Shown here: positions 18,763 through 29,384 of the stretch, piece by piece | How the letters are laid out: each line of letters begins with the position of its first letter | Numbering within the stretch: position 1 is the first letter of the stretch | Assembly (NCBI GenBank): GCA_008080735.1 | Contig: SHMW01000016.1 | Coordinates: 1 to 64,000 of the forward strand | Source: Promethearchaeota archaeon | Lineage (GTDB): Archaea; Asgardarchaeota; Lokiarchaeia; Sigyniarchaeales; SOKP01 | DNA length: 64,000 bases | Reading direction: 5' to 3' | Translations under genes and position numbers: made by a program | Notes under the pieces: model-generated | What the model was told of the DNA's origin: nothing | What the model saw: the letters and a program-made list of their open reading frames with translations, nothing else | Databases searched by the model: none

Positions 18763-20253
18763 ATGCAAATGAATAATGAACAAACTAAATGGAAAAATCA
18801 TTCTAATTTATTTGAGATTAATACGTGGCCTTGGCTCACAGAATTATCAGAGCATTACGATAGAAAAATAATTCTTGATAATATTCCAGAAGAGATATTT
18901 GAAGGATATCTTCAATATTTCGATGTTGTGTGGTTAATGGGTGTATGGGAAAGGAGTCCAGCGAGTAAACGTATTGCTCAAGAGGAACCCGACCTTCAAA
19001 AAGCATATCAAGAAGCGTTAGACCATGTAAAAGAGGAGGATATAATTGGGTCTCCTTACGCGGTTTATTATTATCATGTTGATAAGAATTTGGGAGGGAA
19101 GGAATCGTTATTAAAGTTTCGAGAACAATTACTAGCCAGAAACATTAAACTTATATTAGACTATGTACCTAATCATGTAGCGCGTGACCATATGTGGACT
19201 TTAGAAAAATCAGACATTTTCATCGAGGGAACGTTCGAGGATATGAATTCCCAACCAGATAATTATTTTTCTTCCTACGGAAGAGTATTAGCGCATGGTA
19301 AGGATCCCTATTTCCTCCCTTGGACTGATACCGTCCAAATAAATGCATTCTCTTCCGAAGCGCGAACGAAAGCAATTAACACCTTAAAATCTATTGCAGA
19401 TATTTGTGATGGAGTACGCTGTGATATGGCTATGTTGGTTACGAACAAAATATTTAAAAAAACTTGGGGAGATAAAGCGGGAGATCCTCCAGAGACAGAA
19501 TTTTGGGAACGAGTAATTCCGAGTGTTCGAGAAAACCATCCTGATTTTAAATTTATTGGAGAGGTATATTGGGATATGGAATATGATTTAATGCAACAAG
19601 GATTTGATTATTGCTATGACAAACGACTCTATGATAGGATTTTGAAGAAGAATGTAGAAGAAATTACAGCTCACCTGAATGCAGATTATAATTATCAGAA
19701 AAAATTGGTAAGATTTTTGGAAAATCATGATGAAATCAGGGTCGCTAAAGAATTAGGGATCAATCTTTCAAAAGCCGCAGCTATGGTCATTTTAACCTTA
19801 CCGGGGATGGGATTAATATACGAGGGACAGATGAAAGGGTATACACGAAAGGTGCCCGTCCAACTAAAAAGAAGAGGAGAAGAGGAGACAGACTTAGATT
19901 TGCTTACATTTTACAGAAATCTGTTAATCCTAATTCAACAAAATCAGATAAAAACTAAATATTGGGAAAAATGTACTTCTAAAGGGCAGGAGAACAACTC
20001 GGGACAAAAGATAATCTCACATCATTGGTGGGATGATCAAAATCATTTTCTTATTGTGGTGAATTTTGATGATTCAGAGACACAAACCCACATTTCGATA
20101 CCTTCATTAGACTATAACACAGATCGATTATCTTTCTATAATATTTCTAATGAAAACAAATTAGTATATCAAGCGTCTGAGATAAAGGAGACTGGATTGA
20201 AAGTTGAGTTGGAAGCTTGGAAAGGTATTATTTATGAAATAAGTACTGCTTGA
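18763..20253 (+). CDS. Alpha-amylase family (GH13) glycoside hydrolase
   Basis: GSPYAV, LDYVPNH, DGVRCDMAM nucleophile, GEVYW acid/base, FLENHDE; start 18763 or 18769. Confidence 0.9.
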   Translation: MQMNNEQTKWKNHSNLFEINTWPWLTELSEHYDRKIILDNIPEEIFEGYLQYFDVVWLMGVWERSPASKRIAQEEPDLQKAYQEALDHVKEEDIIGSPYAVYYYHVDKNLGGKESLLKFREQLLARNIKLILDYVPNHVARDHMWTLEKSDIFIEGTFEDMNSQPDNYFSSYGRVLAHGKDPYFLPWTDTVQINAFSSEARTKAINTLKSIADICDGVRCDMAMLVTNKIFKKTWGDKAGDPPETEFWERVIPSVRENHPDFKFIGEVYWDMEYDLMQQGFDYCYDKRLYDRILKKNVEEITAHLNADYNYQKKLVRFLENHDEIRVAKELGINLSKAAAMVILTLPGMGLIYEGQMKGYTRKVPVQLKRRGEEETDLDLLTFYRNLLILIQQNQIKTKYWEKCTSKGQENNSGQKIISHHWWDDQNHFLIVVNFDDSETQTHISIPSLDYNTDRLSFYNISNENKLVYQASEIKETGLKVELEAWKGIIYEISTA

Positions 20254-20259
20254 TACGAA

Positions 20260-21012
20260 ATGATGAAAATAGAAAAGAATTCGGAAATCGCTGAAATTTT
20301 CCATAATTATTTAGATGAAGTCAATTACGAGGGACTATTAAGTGTTGCAAATTTCTCCGAAGTCTACAATAGTGTAATGGATGAGCAAAAACAATATTTA
20401 GAAAGTATTTGTGGTGTAAAGTTTAACAATTATGTAGATTTTGGTTCAATTATTTCACTTGGTATTGCATATCATCCAGAAACGATAGAATCTATCAATA
20501 TTAAAGAGGAAAGTGGATACAATAAGGAATTATGGAATCAATATGGATATGAGTATTCTCATCTAAACAAAATGCTAAAAGAGATTAGCGAAAAAATAGC
20601 TAAATTATATAATGGAATAGCAATTCCTCCAACAACCGAAACGCCTTCCAAAGAGATTAGAAATGTAAAGGATTTTTTTCCAAACACTTTATCTCATCGT
20701 GCTGTCGCAGAGAATGCAGGTCTCGGCTGGAGAGGAAAAAATGAACTATTAATCACTTACGAATATGGACCAGCTATACGTTTTGTATCAATATTAGTCA
20801 GTCTAAAGTTTATTGAAGGAAAAAGAATCGATTCACAATGTGGAGAGTGCAATGCGTGTTTAGAAATATGTCCAATTCTCAGAGAAAAATCAAATCTTAA
20901 GGATTATAGAGAAAATTGCAGATTATACCTTAATTCCTTAGGATTGGTTCATGATGTATGTGGTAAATGTATAAAAGCTTGTTTTAAAGAAATTATTTCA
21001 AGAAAAAGATAA
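20260..21012 (+). CDS. Epoxyqueuosine-reductase/reductive-dehalogenase-like Fe-S protein
   Basis: SHRAVAENAGLGWRGKNELLI..YGP, CGECNACLEICP, CGKCIKAC. Confidence 0.75.
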   Translation: MMKIEKNSEIAEIFHNYLDEVNYEGLLSVANFSEVYNSVMDEQKQYLESICGVKFNNYVDFGSIISLGIAYHPETIESINIKEESGYNKELWNQYGYEYSHLNKMLKEISEKIAKLYNGIAIPPTTETPSKEIRNVKDFFPNTLSHRAVAENAGLGWRGKNELLITYEYGPAIRFVSILVSLKFIEGKRIDSQCGECNACLEICPILREKSNLKDYRENCRLYLNSLGLVHDVCGKCIKACFKEIISRKR

Positions 21013-21015
21013 ATT

Positions 21016-22863
21016 TCAGTGGACGGTTACCGTTTTAGCTAGATTGAGTGGTTTATCGGGGTCAAGATTATGATCTAGGGCAGCATAGTATGCAAGTAAC
21101 TGGAGTGCAGGTATAAAAGTAATAGGACTGAAGTATTGATAATATTTCGTGGACGGTTGAGGTATCCGAATGGTAATATCACTCATTTCAGAAATGGTCT
21201 CGTCATTATCGACAACCAGAGAAATAATATGACCTCCTCTCGCCTTAAATTCCATTACATTTCCAACTAACCTTTCATAGGATTTATCTGGAGGTGCGAT
21301 GAAAATGATCGGAAACCCTTCTCTCACTAATGAGATTGGTCCATGTTTCGCGTGAGCAGCTGAATATCCCTCAATAAATCGGCATGCGACTTCCTTTAGC
21401 TTCAATCCTCCCTCTTTAGCAGTGGCAATAGAAATTCCGCGTGCGAGAAAAAAATAATTGGCGTTCTTCTCGAGATTTTGAACGATTTCCTTTATGGACT
21501 CGAGATTATTTTTTAAGAATATTTCTATTATTTCAGGGATGGATTTTAAGGCATCATAATATTTATCGAGTTCTACTGGTGCTAATTTTTTTCGTAATCC
21601 CGCGATTTTCAAGGCGATTAAAGCAAGAGACAGAACTTGAGTAACATACGTCTTGGTCGCTGCAACACCTATTTCTGGACCCGCACGGGTAATGATGGAA
21701 TGATCCGAATATCTTGTGATCGAGGAACCAATTATATTTGTGATGGCTAAGATAGTTATATCTTTCTGCACTTCTTTGGCCCATCTAATAGCTTCTATCG
21801 TATCTACCGTCTCTCCAGATTGGGAAATCGCAATAATCACGGTATTCTTTTCTAATGCTCCTGTTAATTTATTTTGAAACTCACTACATTCAATTTCTTG
21901 AATATATTTCCCAAGAAATCGTGTTATTATATATTTACCCGCCAAGGAAGCATAAAAGGAAGTCCCCGCGGCAGTTATATAAATATGATCTGCCTTGATT
22001 AATTTTCGCGCAAAGAGCTCGATTTCTTCATCGGAGGTTTTTAAAGTTTTTCTGAGCGCATCTGGTTCTTCAAAAATTTCTTTCAGCATAAAATGTTCAT
22101 AACCATTCTTTTCAGCAGCGTCAATATCCCAGTTAATATGCTTCGGTTGCTTTGTTATCTTTTTTAGTGAATTTTCAATATCGAAAAATTCAATCTCCCC
22201 AGCTTTTAAGATTGCCATTTCATTATCTTCCAAAATAAAACAATTACGAGTATATTGAAGCAACGCTGGAATATCTGAGGCGCAATAACTTGTTTTTCCT
22301 TCCTCCATACCTACGATTAGTGGGGACTCTTTTCTCGCAACAATTATAGAATTGGGTTCTTTCGCATAACAGACAGATAAGGCATATGCTCCTTCACATT
22401 TCTTGAGCGCTTCAACAACTGCCTCTTTGAAATCGTATCCTTCTTTCAATTTCTCTTCGATTAGATGAGGAACAATTTCCGTATCCGTTTCCGATTTGAA
22501 GCTATGTCCTTTTGAGATTAATTCTTTTTTGAGTTCAATAAAATTTTCAATAATTCCGTTATGTACTACAGCTATTTCACCAGTACAGTCAGTATGAGGG
22601 TGTGAATTATCTTTTGTTGGAGGTCCGTGAGTGGCCCAACGGGTATGAGCTAATGCGATACTCCCGTTTAGCGTATCAAAATGTAATTTTTCATGTATCT
22701 CATCGATTTTTCCCGAATCTTTGAGAATTTGCAAATCTGTATTCTCGATGGATACCATTCCGCAAGAATCATACCCTCGATATTCAAGCTTACGAATAGC
22801 CTCTAAAGCAATGCTCCCAATATTAATATCTTGGTTAGTAATTATTCCGAAGATTCCACACAC
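21016..22863 (-). CDS. glmS: Glutamine--fructose-6-phosphate transaminase
   Basis: CGIFG N-terminus, HTRWATHG, HNGIIEN, SQSGET, LKLKE, KHGP, LAKTVTV. Confidence 0.97.
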   Translation of the reverse strand: MCGIFGIITNQDINIGSIALEAIRKLEYRGYDSCGMVSIENTDLQILKDSGKIDEIHEKLHFDTLNGSIALAHTRWATHGPPTKDNSHPHTDCTGEIAVVHNGIIENFIELKKELISKGHSFKSETDTEIVPHLIEEKLKEGYDFKEAVVEALKKCEGAYALSVCYAKEPNSIIVARKESPLIVGMEEGKTSYCASDIPALLQYTRNCFILEDNEMAILKAGEIEFFDIENSLKKITKQPKHINWDIDAAEKNGYEHFMLKEIFEEPDALRKTLKTSDEEIELFARKLIKADHIYITAAGTSFYASLAGKYIITRFLGKYIQEIECSEFQNKLTGALEKNTVIIAISQSGETVDTIEAIRWAKEVQKDITILAITNIIGSSITRYSDHSIITRAGPEIGVAATKTYVTQVLSLALIALKIAGLRKKLAPVELDKYYDALKSIPEIIEIFLKNNLESIKEIVQNLEKNANYFFLARGISIATAKEGGLKLKEVACRFIEGYSAAHAKHGPISLVREGFPIIFIAPPDKSYERLVGNVMEFKARGGHIISLVVDNDETISEMSDITIRIPQPSTKYYQYFSPITFIPALQLLAYYAALDHNLDPDKPLNLAKTVTVH

Positions 22864-23192
22864 GATATAATCAATTCATTTCTTGTCTATAATCGAATTT
22901 AATCAAACTAAAAATTAAAAATTTTGTTTTTAGGGTTTTCCCATAGTATCTAAATATGATCTTTTTTTGAAAATAACACATCAAATCAGAGATCATTTTC
23001 TTACATTTTATAAAAAGTAAGAATTTATGAGATGTTTAATTTGTTATCTTAATAATTTGCTTGGTTGCATACTACTTAATTGTTTGTGGTATTAACTATG
23101 TATTCAGAATTGTTAATAAGCATTGTTTATTATAATGCTTCAGTCTGCAATAAAATTAAAAAAAAGAGTTTTGTCTTGAATTTGTGGTTTAA

Positions 23193-24665
23193 ATGATTTT
23201 CCAAGGTCTTTATAATATATTAGATTTATATCTTAACGATAGTGAAACTTTTTATGAAAAGGTTGATATTTACTTCAAAAAAAGTATAGAAAATATTCCA
23301 ATTAACAAAAATAATTTACAAGAAACGATAAATGCGATTCTTGATGAATTAACACTTCAATTTACTGAATTAGGTTTTTCTAAAATACAAATAGAAAATA
23401 AATTTGCAGATCCTTTTTTAAAAATCGAAAATAGTGAATTAGAAAGTATAAATTCCTCCCTAGATTTGTATAGAGAAAAGATTGCGCCTATGGTATATGA
23501 GATCATATTAGAAAAAATAGTTGATTATCTCGTTGATTCAGGAGTAGCGGAGCTGATGCTTAAGTTAAAGGCGAATGATTTATTACCTCTTGAGTTCATC
23601 ATGGAGCTTAAGAAACTTAAGGAAATGCTCGAGAGTAATCCCGAAAAAATGGAGAACTTGCGAAAATACATCAATATTAAAGATAAAATTATCGAAACTT
23701 TCCGAGAAAACAAATGTGAAATAGAACGATTGGAAGATATAAGAGATCCCCGCGATAAACTTCAATTAGTGTATATGATCTACAGAATTATCAACTTTTT
23801 CCATCTCGAGCGACTGTTTGATTTTAGTCATATGATCACGTATCTGGAAAACAATATGGATGAATGGCTTACCTCCGTACCGTTGATCACCCTAAAAAAC
23901 CCAGATATCTATTTTTGTGGGCTTTATTTAGCAACTCATTTAGGAGCAAAATTTGATAAGGAAGAAGTAAGGCGATTTTTATTAGAATTATACAATGAAT
24001 TTATCGACGAATTTGATGCTCCGATTATAGAAGCGACCGATCAAATTTATTATTTTTATAAAGCTATCAGGTTAATCGATTTAGATCTTTACGAAAAGGA
24101 AATAGAAAATCTGATGAAAGCGGATTCTTCCTTTTTTGAAAGAGAATATTTGATGGAATTGGAAACCTCCCAACTCGTAGTTATTTTAAAAATGTATAAA
24201 CTGTTGGGATTTTACGAGAAGATTGATAACTCCAAAATCAATGCTATCCTAAATGAGATTAAGAGAAGGATAACTCCCGAAGGAATCGTGCAATATCGCG
24301 ATGGAATAATATCGTCTGAGGCAACATATTATGTCTTATTCAATGCTTATATGCGAGATGAATTAGACCATCTTAAAAAGTTCAAAATTTTGGATAGTGT
24401 TGTTGAGCGAGTATATAGGAATTTAGAGATTATAGATTTTTGTAGAAATACCAATTTCGATTTAGTAAGCGAAATTTTTTACTCTTGTGAAAGTTTGAAG
24501 CTTTTCAATTGTATAGAAACAAAAGAGATGATATATCATTTAGCAAGATTTCTGTTTCCTCAAACGATCTCAGAGAATGGAATCTTTGCGAAGGAAATAG
24601 ACAGAAAAACCGCCAAATTTAGACATTTGAAAGTCAATAAGCTAACAGGTCAAACAATTTATTAA
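23193..24665 (+). CDS. Hypothetical alpha-helical protein (possible alpha/alpha-toroid C-terminal half)
   Basis: 490-aa ORF with normal codon usage; repeated helix motifs such as IEATDQIYY and SSEATYY; no clear catalytic motif. Confidence 0.6.
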   Translation: MIFQGLYNILDLYLNDSETFYEKVDIYFKKSIENIPINKNNLQETINAILDELTLQFTELGFSKIQIENKFADPFLKIENSELESINSSLDLYREKIAPMVYEIILEKIVDYLVDSGVAELMLKLKANDLLPLEFIMELKKLKEMLESNPEKMENLRKYINIKDKIIETFRENKCEIERLEDIRDPRDKLQLVYMIYRIINFFHLERLFDFSHMITYLENNMDEWLTSVPLITLKNPDIYFCGLYLATHLGAKFDKEEVRRFLLELYNEFIDEFDAPIIEATDQIYYFYKAIRLIDLDLYEKEIENLMKADSSFFEREYLMELETSQLVVILKMYKLLGFYEKIDNSKINAILNEIKRRITPEGIVQYRDGIISSEATYYVLFNAYMRDELDHLKKFKILDSVVERVYRNLEIIDFCRNTNFDLVSEIFYSCESLKLFNCIETKEMIYHLARFLFPQTISENGIFAKEIDRKTAKFRHLKVNKLTGQTIY

Positions 24666-24751
24666 TTTCACCCGTCCTCTTTCTTTTTGTCTCTCTAGAT
24701 TCAATAAACCAAATCTTAATTTATTTATAAAAATTTAATTAAGTAATTTAA

Positions 24752-26251
24752 TTGAACGATAGAGTGATAGATTTGAACTTTGAAGATTTTGAACTAGTAT
24801 ATAAAGAGGATAGAACGGAGATCAAAAATAAAGATAAAATTTTGGATGAATTGAAGCATGTAATCGGAGACAAAAATGTATCGATTCTAAAGTCAGATAT
24901 TTTAGCGTATACAAGAGATAGTTCGTTAATTTCATTAAACTGGACGATTCAAGGTAAGATTGCGGGGTTACCAGAAATTATCACATGGCCAGAGGATTCT
25001 AATCATATCAGTGAGATTTTAAAAATAGCGAATAGAGAAAAAATCCCTATTGTCCCTTTCGCTGAGGGTTCAGGCGTAGTTGGAGGTGCAATTCCCATAA
25101 AAGGGGGGATTATTATCGATTTGAAACGGTTTAATAAAATAATCGAGATCAATGATCAAAATCTCACCGTGACCGTTCAAGCAGGAATGAACGGGATGAA
25201 TTTAGAGCGATATCTCAATTCCAAAGGGTATACGGGTGGACACATCCCGCAATCATTGTATACTTCTTCCGTCGGAGGTTGGATTGCTCATAGAGCCGCA
25301 GGACAATTTTCGACAAAGTACGGTAAAATTGAAGATATTGTATTAGGGATGGAAGTTGTGCTGCCCAATGGAGAAATGATAAAATTCGATCCAATTGCAC
25401 GAGCAGCGACTGGACCTCAACTGGATAAATACTTTATCGGGAGTGAAGGAACATTAGGAATCGTTACTCAAGCGACGCTTAAAATTTGGCCCTACCCTGA
25501 AAAACGAACTCTTATATCTTATGCCTTTCCGACAATAGAAGATGCATTGGACGCAGTTCGATTAACCTTACGAAAGCAAGTCAATCCTGCAGTTGTACGA
25601 ATATATGATGCTGACGAGACTGCCAGACATTTTGAACATATTGAAAAAGCTACAGACAGGGTAATGACGGTGTTTGTATGTGAAGGGATTACAGAATTAG
25701 TGGATTTAGAAGAAAAGATTACGCGCGAAAAATGTGAAGAAAAATCTGGTATTGATTGTGGAGAAGAACCAGTCAAGCATTGGTTTGAAACCCGATTTAA
25801 AGTGACAGAAACCTCAATGTTCCCACCCTATAAAATCGTCGCGGATACGATTGAAGTCTCGATAATGTGGGATAAGGCGGCTGATTTATATCATTCTGTG
25901 ATAGAATCTACAAGTCAAGTGGAAGGCAATCTATTAATCACTGCTCATGTGTCTCATTTTTATCCAAACGGCGCGGGATTCTATTTTACATTTGGAGGAG
26001 TACCTGGCAAAGGAAAAACGGAATTTGATTTTTATAAAGAATGCTGGAATGCAACAATTAAAGCCGTTTTGGACGTGGGTGGCAGCATTGCACATCATCA
26101 TGGAATCGGTGTAAACCGCTCTCATTGGATGGAAAGAGAATGGGGTAATGGATATAAGGTTATGAAACAGTTTAAGGAAGTATTGGATCCTAACAATATC
26201 CTCAATCCAGGAAAAATCTACACACCAACATGGAAAGGAGGGGATGAATAA
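24752..26251 (+). CDS. FAD-linked oxidoreductase, alkyldihydroxyacetonephosphate-synthase-like (VAO/GlcD superfamily)
   Basis: GHIPQS, SSVGGWIA, YGKIED, GSEGTLG, PAVVRIYD, HVSHFY..GAGFYFTF, HHHGIG, DPNNILNPGK. Confidence 0.85.
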   Translation: MNDRVIDLNFEDFELVYKEDRTEIKNKDKILDELKHVIGDKNVSILKSDILAYTRDSSLISLNWTIQGKIAGLPEIITWPEDSNHISEILKIANREKIPIVPFAEGSGVVGGAIPIKGGIIIDLKRFNKIIEINDQNLTVTVQAGMNGMNLERYLNSKGYTGGHIPQSLYTSSVGGWIAHRAAGQFSTKYGKIEDIVLGMEVVLPNGEMIKFDPIARAATGPQLDKYFIGSEGTLGIVTQATLKIWPYPEKRTLISYAFPTIEDALDAVRLTLRKQVNPAVVRIYDADETARHFEHIEKATDRVMTVFVCEGITELVDLEEKITREKCEEKSGIDCGEEPVKHWFETRFKVTETSMFPPYKIVADTIEVSIMWDKAADLYHSVIESTSQVEGNLLITAHVSHFYPNGAGFYFTFGGVPGKGKTEFDFYKECWNATIKAVLDVGGSIAHHHGIGVNRSHWMEREWGNGYKVMKQFKEVLDPNNILNPGKIYTPTWKGGDE

Positions 26252-26253
26252 AA

Positions 26254-27615
26254 ATGGGAATATTTGATACCCTAAAAAAATATAAATGGATGCTTCCACT
26301 CATTCAAGATGCGGACCGAAATGTTAGACGTAAATTATTGAAAAACGTCCGAAAGAAAAAAGATAATTTTTATCCAGAAGGAGAATTTAATGCAGACATT
26401 AAAAACCTAATCAATTGCATGCTTTGTCCTAATATGTGTCGTTTCGATTGTGGGACATTGAAAGCCGCTGAGAAGGAAACAATTGGACCTGCTTACAAAT
26501 CTCGGATTGGCTATTACCTAACTACGGGGAAAATAGACCCAAATGATCCAGCGAATAAAGAATTTGTTGATTTGATGTATAAATGTACAAACGAAGAGAA
26601 CTGTAAAATTTGGTGTCCTTTTGAGTTTTCTGTGGTTTCATTGCTGGAAACGGTGCGAGATGATCTAAATGAGAAAGGATTAATGCCCGATTATTGCACA
26701 AAGCAAATCGACAAACTACACAATACCGGAACCATTGAAGAGGAGAATATCTTTAAAACATATGCAGAAAAGGGAGTAGAAAATATTGAAACAGAAGGAG
26801 ATGATGATGTCTTTTACTATGTTGGCTGTGAGATGATGAAGTTTCCCGAAGTAGTTAAAGCGAATATAGCATTTCTTAAAAAAGCGGGAGTGAAGTTCTC
26901 TACTAACTTCGACCAGAAAGTTTGTTGCGGAGCACCAGCCTTGAATATTAGAGATAAGGGCACTGTACAAATGCTCGCCGATAAAAACATGGAACTAATA
27001 AAAAAAACAGGAGCTGATATTGTCGTTTCGGATTGCCCGGGATGTGTGAATGCATTAAAAAATAGATATCAAAAATTCGGCGTAGGTATTGAAACACAAA
27101 AGCCAAGTGAAGAAGAAGACGATGATTCTGAAGAGGAGGAAGAATCAGAAACGATTATAAAAGGGTATTTTGAAGATGGGCCAAAAATTATCCACATCGT
27201 AGAATATATTAAAAACATGGTGGAAGAGGGAGAATTAAGATTTAACGAAATTCCCGAAAAGTATCATAAAGTCACGATCCATGATCCCTGTCTCCTTGCT
27301 CGTAATTTAAATGACACAACGTCAATAAGAACTATTTTAGAGAATATTCCAAACTTAGAAATCGTGGAACCTGTATATAATAAAGACTTTGGACATTGTT
27401 GTGGGTGGAGTGGAACAGTTCACTGGGCGGATACAGAAATATCAATAAAGGAGGCTCAGAATCGAATTGATGAATTAAAAGAAACTGGTGCTCGGGTAAT
27501 AATCACTACTTGTCCAACCTGCGAGTTGGGTTTGGCCTATGGGATATCTGAAGAAGATAAAGATAGCATAGAGATTATTGACCTTTCGGAATTAATTAGT
27601 AAAGCAATCCAATAA
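26254..27615 (+). CDS. Fe-S oxidoreductase with N-terminal 4Fe-4S motifs and two CCG domains (GlcF/HdrD-like)
   Basis: CMLCPNMC, C..EENC..WCP, VGC, CCG, CPGC, HDPC, CCG, CPTC; translationally coupled to the upstream gene. Confidence 0.85.
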   Translation: MGIFDTLKKYKWMLPLIQDADRNVRRKLLKNVRKKKDNFYPEGEFNADIKNLINCMLCPNMCRFDCGTLKAAEKETIGPAYKSRIGYYLTTGKIDPNDPANKEFVDLMYKCTNEENCKIWCPFEFSVVSLLETVRDDLNEKGLMPDYCTKQIDKLHNTGTIEEENIFKTYAEKGVENIETEGDDDVFYYVGCEMMKFPEVVKANIAFLKKAGVKFSTNFDQKVCCGAPALNIRDKGTVQMLADKNMELIKKTGADIVVSDCPGCVNALKNRYQKFGVGIETQKPSEEEDDDSEEEEESETIIKGYFEDGPKIIHIVEYIKNMVEEGELRFNEIPEKYHKVTIHDPCLLARNLNDTTSIRTILENIPNLEIVEPVYNKDFGHCCGWSGTVHWADTEISIKEAQNRIDELKETGARVIITTCPTCELGLAYGISEEDKDSIEIIDLSELISKAIQ

Positions 27616-27689
27616 TTTAATCGTTTTTTATATTATTTTTTTATTTTAATGAAGCAACCCAAAGATTCTAGTATACTAAAGTGATGGAT

Positions 27690-29183
27690 TTATTTATATT
27701 CTAATCCAAGTCTTTGATATTGTTCATCAGGGGCATCATTATCTTTCATTAACTGGATCATCAGCTTTATCATTTTAGTTTCTATTTCTTCATTATCAAT
27801 GGGAGTTTCTTGGTGAGGATCTGTCTTTAAATCGAATAAATAATTTTTTCCCCCATATGAGGACCCCGCAGGATTATAGGCTTTGATTTTCAGTGTCTTA
27901 CATTGCTTTGTAAACGAGAAAGGTTCTTGAAGTTTCATTCCCTTTAGTTCATTCGGAGTGAACATATTGCGCATATGAGTAGGCATTAGAGTATAATTAA
28001 AGAGGGGGCGATTTCTTTTGCGCCCAGGAGCTCTCATATAAACATATCTCCCGTCAGTAATATTCACAAATGATCCATGCTGCCCGAATAGTGCAGCTTC
28101 TCTAATTTTCTGATCAGACGCTATGGTTTCCTTCAGTGGGATGCCTTGTATATGTGTTGGAATCTCGATGTTAAAAAAGTCCAATATCGTGGGCGCTAAA
28201 TCTATTGTTTGCACGAGTGAATTTCTTCGTTCATTTTTCTTTTTCGACCTGGGATCCCAAATAAAAAGGGGGATATGGACAAGTTCATTATAATCAGGCA
28301 TTAAAATCTTTCCCCAAAAACCTTTTTCACCTAATAAGAAACCGTGGTCTGTATTTACTATGAGCATGGTATCTTTCCACATATCTTTCTCATCAATGAA
28401 ATCTAAAATTTTTCCCAAATAGTGATCGCACATGCTAATTAATGCCGCATACTGGAAACGTATATGCTCTTTTTGTTCGGGAGAGGTGTCGTCTATAGAA
28501 TAATCTGGCCAATCGAAATGGGGTCCATCATATTCATCTGAATAAAGCTCTCGATATTTCTCCAGTACATAAAAAGGTTCATGAGGATCGAAAGTCTCGA
28601 TATGTAAAAACCAATTATCCGCCTCATAGTTAGTTTTTAAGAATTCCATTGCTTTTCGAAAAGTCTTGGCTTGAGGAAATTTCTCTTCTGTGTTCATATA
28701 TTTTCTATTTACCCAATCTTGACGCCAGGTGTCACCCATTCTTTCAATAGTCTGTGTCTCTCGTGCGATTTTAACGTGTTCAGGAATTGTTGGGTCATTT
28801 ATTTCTCCTTTCCAAAAGTCTCCTTCTTGTCCTCTGGAAAGTTCCCAGCTATAATATCGATTATGATATGTGGCACCACCATCTTCCCAATAATGATAAT
28901 GATCACTAACGAGGTGAGAATAGACTCCATTTTCTCTGAGAATTTGGGGCATCGAATCATCAAATGGTTCTAATGGTCCCCAACTGCGATGGAGGAAGTT
29001 ATATCTTCCAGAATGGATTTCTCTCCGAGCGGGCATACACGGGATACTTCCCGCATAACAATTATTAAAGATTACGCTTTTTGTTCCAAGGCGTTCAAAA
29101 TTCGGTGCTTGCACCCAGGAATTTCCATATGGAGGCAAAAACCTTCTATTCAGCGTATCGAACATAACCATGATAACTTTCAT
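27690..29183 (-). CDS. Cys-type (formylglycine) sulfatase family protein
   Basis: DTL, APNF, CMPAR..SGR, DPHEP, TDHG. Confidence 0.9.
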   Translation of the reverse strand: MKVIMVMFDTLNRRFLPPYGNSWVQAPNFERLGTKSVIFNNCYAGSIPCMPARREIHSGRYNFLHRSWGPLEPFDDSMPQILRENGVYSHLVSDHYHYWEDGGATYHNRYYSWELSRGQEGDFWKGEINDPTIPEHVKIARETQTIERMGDTWRQDWVNRKYMNTEEKFPQAKTFRKAMEFLKTNYEADNWFLHIETFDPHEPFYVLEKYRELYSDEYDGPHFDWPDYSIDDTSPEQKEHIRFQYAALISMCDHYLGKILDFIDEKDMWKDTMLIVNTDHGFLLGEKGFWGKILMPDYNELVHIPLFIWDPRSKKKNERRNSLVQTIDLAPTILDFFNIEIPTHIQGIPLKETIASDQKIREAALFGQHGSFVNITDGRYVYMRAPGRKRNRPLFNYTLMPTHMRNMFTPNELKGMKLQEPFSFTKQCKTLKIKAYNPAGSSYGGKNYLFDLKTDPHQETPIDNEEIETKMIKLMIQLMKDNDAPDEQYQRLGLEYK

Positions 29184-29384
29184 TTATCTCACCTATGAGC
29201 TCTTTTTAAGATATTTGATAAATTCAATGTTCACATATAGAATAAAATGTGATCCTATATCAATGTCAACTTAAATTAGTATCGGATTTGATATGCTGGA
29301 ATTTCAATCTGAAGATAAGTTTTATTATTATATATGACTTAATTGAAATATCATACAGATTTAGAATTAATTTGTATAAGGCTG

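Noticed and set aside
27105-27150. Acidic insertion EEEDDDSEEEEESE in the CCG protein as an intein or mobile insert
   Set aside because: Short in-frame low-complexity loop with no splice-junction residues.
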